From IMG/VR virus record IMGVR_UViG_3300023296_001674: 64,000 bases of DNA; one strand, given 5' to 3'. This DNA is from a virus. The number at the start of each line of letters is the position of its first letter. Within the stretch, counting starts at the first letter, position 1. A program made the position numbers and the translations under genes. Shown here one piece after another: positions 59,801 to 64,000 of this stretch. A model generated the notes under the pieces. It worked only from the letters and a program-made list of their open reading frames with translations. It made no database searches and had not been told where the DNA came from.

Positions 59801-59813
59801 CTTATATCCTCAA

Positions 59814-60224
59814 TTAACCATTTATCTGTTCTGATGTTCCAATATAATTTCTTCTATCGAAATTTACTTCTAATGTATCGACTGCGTTAAATGGTGTATA
59901 TAATAAATCAATATCTATTCTTATGCCATGTTCAAATTCAAACACTTCGATATTTTGCCGTTCAACTCTTGGTTCTTGTGCAATAATATCCTGTGCATCA
60001 GATACAATAGCATCACGCACATCACTATCAAATGGCTCAAATAACAAATCCCAAATAATGCTACCAAAGTCAGGACGCATAACGCGTTCACCTTTAATAG
60101 TGTGAAAATGATTTAACAAATCTCTCTTAATTAGTTCGATATCAACAATTTCAGTTTTGGGGTTTATTCTTCCATAAGAACTAAACCCCCTAAAAAGTTG
60201 TTTTTTGTTTATTTTTTGAGCCAT
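59814..60224 (-). CDS. Baseplate wedge subunit (gp25-like)
   Basis: DLLNHFHTIKGERVMRPDFGSIIWDLLFEP, EPRV. Confidence 0.9.
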   Translation of the reverse strand: MAQKINKKQLFRGFSSYGRINPKTEIVDIELIKRDLLNHFHTIKGERVMRPDFGSIIWDLLFEPFDSDVRDAIVSDAQDIIAQEPRVERQNIEVFEFEHGIRIDIDLLYTPFNAVDTLEVNFDRRNYIGTSEQING

Positions 60225-60260
60225 TATATACCATCACAAATAACATTTATATTACTATGT

Positions 60261-60268
60261 TATTTATA
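60261..60268 (-). promoter_or_regulatory. Late promoter TATAAATA
   Basis: ~37 nt upstream of the gp25-like ATG. Confidence 0.55.
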
Positions 60269-60290
60269 TATTTGATTATATATGGTTTTA

Positions 60291-62351
60291 TCAACAAGGA
60301 GCGGGTGCTTTTGCAAATATATTAGCTTCAGCCCGTCTACGATTAGTCAATCCATCACTAACCACTGCACCACCATTAACTCTTATTTTATTCCAACGCA
60401 ACATTTGATTTGGCACTTCTTGGTATTCACCGGCATTTATTTTTTTAACCAATGTGCTATTACAAAATCCACTATTTCCGATGTTAAATGCCAATGAAAC
60501 CATTGAATCGTATTGTTCTTGTGTAACCGGTTGCTTAACACAACCTCTAACACTTTTTTGCGTAGATGCCAAATCGTTTAATAATATAGTATTCATTTCA
60601 TCATCAGTTATAACACCAGACGAAAATGTTCCATCTGCTTTTTCTTGTTTTGTTATAAGATGACCAACACCAATTGTATCTAATCCAGCTTGATCTTTAT
60701 AAACCGTGTTATCAGAACCTTCTGCTTGTTTTATAAAATCTAATCCTGCATCACTAATTTGACGTTGTGTAATAGTGGCTAATGCGCAATCTGGAACATT
60801 TTCTATTTGTATATATTCTGGCTGTTTTGTTACTGATATAGATTTACCCTCAAATCTTCTAGCATCAGGCAATGTAATATCAATAGGTTTTTTAGCCGTT
60901 TCAGATGTTGCACCTTTTGGTATCTTGGTGTTTACCGGACCTTCTTCGACATTATTATTAGTTCCTTTGGTGGTTAATTGATGCTCCAACCACGGCTCAT
61001 GTTGTGGCACACGTGGTACAATATTCACACCAGTTGCATATGGTTCACCAGATTCCCAAGACGAATCGGTGCCACCAGTTTCTGTTGTTGGACCCGATGT
61101 CGGATGTGAAGCGGGTGCTACAGTGCCATTGGCTTGTGGTCCGGGTGCAGTGTTAAGTTCGATAATTGGACCACCCTGTAACGACATTTTGGCTCCAGAT
61201 GTTAAACCCATTTCCGCGCCCGATGTTATACCTATTTGCCCAAGGGCATCTATGCTAGTTTTTCCTACACTGTTTCCTGTATAATCACCATCACATTTAA
61301 CATCAATATCACCGCCGACTTCTAGTATATAATCGCCGCCAATTTTCATGTTTAAATTTCTTGCCGCTTGAACATTAATATCTTGCCCTGATTTTACATT
61401 TACGTTTGCTTTTTCGGCATGTATGGATATATTTTCAGACCCATAAACATCGATGTTTCCATCATTACCTAACTCTATCCATGATTTTCCATCACGACTA
61501 ATCGCATAAATCATACCTTCGGTTTGATGCACGAGTATTTGAGCACCACTTTTTGTTCGCATTCTTATAAATTCTTGTTCTTGTTTATCATCCATGACAA
61601 ATTGATTGCCATCGGGTGTTAAAACACCAAATACTTCACTGGGGGATTCACGTCTGGCTGAACTCGTACTTTGACCACGAACATCGTCTTTATCAAGACC
61701 TTGTTTGTTTTTTAACCCATCACGCAATGGTGTATATGCTTTTTTAAGAGGTTCTAACGCTCCAATATCACCCGGTGTGTGCATATAATCGGGTTCAATA
61801 ACTGGACCAACTTCATCACTCGTTCCACCATTATAAATATCACCTTTCGCAATACCTGGAATCATATGATTCATATCTTGTTGAAATAAAACACCAAACC
61901 AAACACCAAAGTTGATATCACCATTCACGAATGTAATCATGACTTGGTTTCCTATATCTGGTGGTGGAAGCCATAACCCATATGATTGTCTGCCTCCATA
62001 CACTGTATCTTCGTGCTCTGGAGTTCTATGACTATATAAACCATTATTGGAACCATCACCGTAGTAATCTGATATAATAGGTGTTGTATCATCAGTATAA
62101 TAGTTATTGCGGGGGAATGTTGCGCCACCGAACGGTGAACAATAATGACATATAATCCAATTTTTTTCTTTATTTGCATCACCAGTTAGTTCTGGTATCC
62201 ACACTAACAACCTACCCATATTTTGTGGGTCGGCGCTATTTCTGACAAAACCCAAATATGTTTTAGTTAATAAACTTCCATCAATGGCTGGATTTTCATC
62301 ATACCATCGTGATGTAGTTGCTGTTCTCCGGTCTTCGTTATATGTATTCAT
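60291..62351 (-). CDS. Baseplate hub/spike (gp5/VgrG-like) with C-terminal GH24 lysozyme
   Basis: DPQNMGRLLVWIP, PPDIGNQV OB-fold; beta-helix repeats; EG...YKDQAGLDTIGVGH, SLAFNIG, GLTNRRRAE. Confidence 0.88.
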   Translation of the reverse strand: MNTYNEDRRTATTSRWYDENPAIDGSLLTKTYLGFVRNSADPQNMGRLLVWIPELTGDANKEKNWIICHYCSPFGGATFPRNNYYTDDTTPIISDYYGDGSNNGLYSHRTPEHEDTVYGGRQSYGLWLPPPDIGNQVMITFVNGDINFGVWFGVLFQQDMNHMIPGIAKGDIYNGGTSDEVGPVIEPDYMHTPGDIGALEPLKKAYTPLRDGLKNKQGLDKDDVRGQSTSSARRESPSEVFGVLTPDGNQFVMDDKQEQEFIRMRTKSGAQILVHQTEGMIYAISRDGKSWIELGNDGNIDVYGSENISIHAEKANVNVKSGQDINVQAARNLNMKIGGDYILEVGGDIDVKCDGDYTGNSVGKTSIDALGQIGITSGAEMGLTSGAKMSLQGGPIIELNTAPGPQANGTVAPASHPTSGPTTETGGTDSSWESGEPYATGVNIVPRVPQHEPWLEHQLTTKGTNNNVEEGPVNTKIPKGATSETAKKPIDITLPDARRFEGKSISVTKQPEYIQIENVPDCALATITQRQISDAGLDFIKQAEGSDNTVYKDQAGLDTIGVGHLITKQEKADGTFSSGVITDDEMNTILLNDLASTQKSVRGCVKQPVTQEQYDSMVSLAFNIGNSGFCNSTLVKKINAGEYQEVPNQMLRWNKIRVNGGAVVSDGLTNRRRAEANIFAKAPAPC

Positions 62352-62352
62352 A

Positions 62353-63999
62353 TTAATCCAATTTATTTAATAGTTTAATTATATCTTGCTCTTTTGTAAG
62401 TGGGTCAATATGTCCAACTAAATGCTGTGTAAATTTGCCACCAGAAAAATTATTTTCAACCGTTGTTACTCTATATAATCCATTAAATCCGTTTTCTTTT
62501 CGACGTAAATTATATAATCCTGAGCCGCTATATGATTCATCACGACGTTCATTGCCGCCATCATCAATAGAAACTGGAAATTTAAACGATAATAATAATA
62601 ACGAATCAGAACCAGTCAAGTCAATATATCCTTGTGATTGTGTTAATCGTTTATTTATGTTTGGCTCACCCAACCAATATGGATCACCACGAATTTCTAA
62701 CGACAAATTTGTCATTTGACCTTTGAATCCATATATTTGGTTCATCGCGGATGAGAAAAATGCTCTATCAGGATCGTCAGTTCCTTCAATGTTGGTTTCA
62801 CCCGTTGCCGATGTTGGTGATATTTGTGCTCCAATATCATTTACTTCACTGTTTGTTTTTATCTCGACATTGAGGTCTGGGTCTATAATATCTTCGGCAA
62901 AAAATATTGATCCCGTATTATTTTTATTTTCAATTCTTCTTGCCGATGTATTACTTATAGATGATATATTACTGGTTGTTGTATTGTCATTATCAATGCT
63001 AATTCTTCTGAGTTTTTCTTCCGCGCCCCATTGGCTTGAATTTAATGTGGTTTGACTATCACTAAGCGCGACCTCGACTTCTAATTTTATTTTTCTGTCA
63101 ACTTCTGCCAGTCTTTCTGCTGTAGTTTTGATTAGTTCATCTGACGTCTGTATATCACCATCACCAAGGAATATGGATTTATCAGATTTTTGAATATCTT
63201 GCAATGTTGCAAGTTTTTTCTTAAGATCGTCCCTTGATTGAAGCAACGTGGTAGTAGCCGTTTCAGTGACTTGGCTATTTTTTGTGTTTACATTTCCATT
63301 TAAACTGGGTGAGGGATTTGCCGATCTTCCTTGACCTTTAAATAACGGCAAACTGACAAACCATGCCGAGTTTAATTCTACTTTATAATCCAATACTTCA
63401 GTGTTTTCACCCGTAAACATATAATCATATTTCTTTATTAAATTAGAAATCTTTAATTTTGCAGTTAATAATTCTTCACTATTTTGAGTTGATTTTGATT
63501 TTATTATTTGATTTCTTGAAGAAATTGGAATAAATGTTTTATAATCCTTAATAATATATTCTATATCTATATTATATGCCCTTGCAATTTTATTGTAACT
63601 TGTTATCGTTACTTTTGGGTCGATAACAAAAGCAATTGACGGTTTTAATAAATCACGTTCGGTGTCGCCACTCAATCTTCTTCCTATTTCACCAAATAAT
63701 AATAACGACTGCCCTTCTTTGGTGCACCCAATGACTTGTTGTATTATCGTATCAATGGATGTTCCAGCTTTAAATGTTAGAACCCATTTAAGGTCTTTAT
63801 CAAAATCGTTATATGCCTGCGATTTTATATTAAAGCGGTCATCTTCGCGCAATTTCCATGTAGACATCGACGGGAAAGATACCGGATTGCGTTTAGAATC
63901 CCCCACATTAACAAGAGGATGATCTGGTAATGTTATTTTATAATTTCGCAAATTTTCGATTTTATCTTTGTCGAGATATGTGTCATATTTACTAAAACC
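62353..63999 (-). CDS. Baseplate hub/tail protein (5'-truncated by window edge)
   Basis: Frame open to window end; YDYMFTGENTEV, LEIRGDPYWL, FNGLYRVTTVENNFSGGKFTQ. Confidence 0.7.
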   Translation of the reverse strand, partial: GFSKYDTYLDKDKIENLRNYKITLPDHPLVNVGDSKRNPVSFPSMSTWKLREDDRFNIKSQAYNDFDKDLKWVLTFKAGTSIDTIIQQVIGCTKEGQSLLLFGEIGRRLSGDTERDLLKPSIAFVIDPKVTITSYNKIARAYNIDIEYIIKDYKTFIPISSRNQIIKSKSTQNSEELLTAKLKISNLIKKYDYMFTGENTEVLDYKVELNSAWFVSLPLFKGQGRSANPSPSLNGNVNTKNSQVTETATTTLLQSRDDLKKKLATLQDIQKSDKSIFLGDGDIQTSDELIKTTAERLAEVDRKIKLEVEVALSDSQTTLNSSQWGAEEKLRRISIDNDNTTTSNISSISNTSARRIENKNNTGSIFFAEDIIDPDLNVEIKTNSEVNDIGAQISPTSATGETNIEGTDDPDRAFFSSAMNQIYGFKGQMTNLSLEIRGDPYWLGEPNINKRLTQSQGYIDLTGSDSLLLLSFKFPVSIDDGGNERRDESYSGSGLYNLRRKENGFNGLYRVTTVENNFSGGKFTQHLVGHIDPLTKEQDIIKLLNKLD

Positions 64000-64000
64000 A

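Noticed and set aside
1-64000. CRISPR array, tRNA or rRNA genes
   Set aside because: Intergenic gaps are short; no spaced repeats or cloverleaf signatures noticed by eye (tRNAscan not run)
1-64000. Stop-codon reassignment
   Set aside because: Genes are full length and tightly packed under code 11; TAA, TGA and TAG all end recognisable genes

Overview
64 kb of an AT-rich, gene-dense large (probably jumbo) myophage genome read in standard code 11; the class I LysRS and Prs look alphaproteobacterial, which hints at the host. 1-24 kb (mostly + strand): translation, RNA-repair and nucleotide genes (class I LysRS, small nucleotidyltransferase-like protein, Prs, RNA ligase 1, Pnkp-type kinase-phosphatase, DHFR, ThyA, HNH and GIY-YIG endonucleases) and a TctC/TctA/ACP-methyltransferase/sulfotransferase-like block. 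18-38 kb: a ~20 kb tailoring-enzyme island (desaturase, 5 radical SAM enzymes, 4 2OG-Fe(II) oxygenases, GNAT, sulfotransferase, QueC-like ATPase, methyltransferase, 5 glycosyltransferase-like proteins, lyase lipoprotein). 38-64 kb (- strand): virion/baseplate module (paralogous structural proteins, a 3446-aa protein, gp6-, gp25-, gp5/lysozyme- and hub-like proteins). Highlights: (1) one ancestral virion protein with nested repeat domains appears split over two adjacent genes, with four orphan N-halves in one and four orphan C-halves in the other; (2) a candidate tRNA-Lys heal/seal/recharge kit; (3) a circularly permuted pair of radical SAM enzymes; (4) an ACP-like domain lacking the Ppant serine fused to a methyltransferase; (5) a structured leader overlapping a late promoter upstream of the GIY-YIG gene. 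All family calls come from motifs read by eye; no searches were run.
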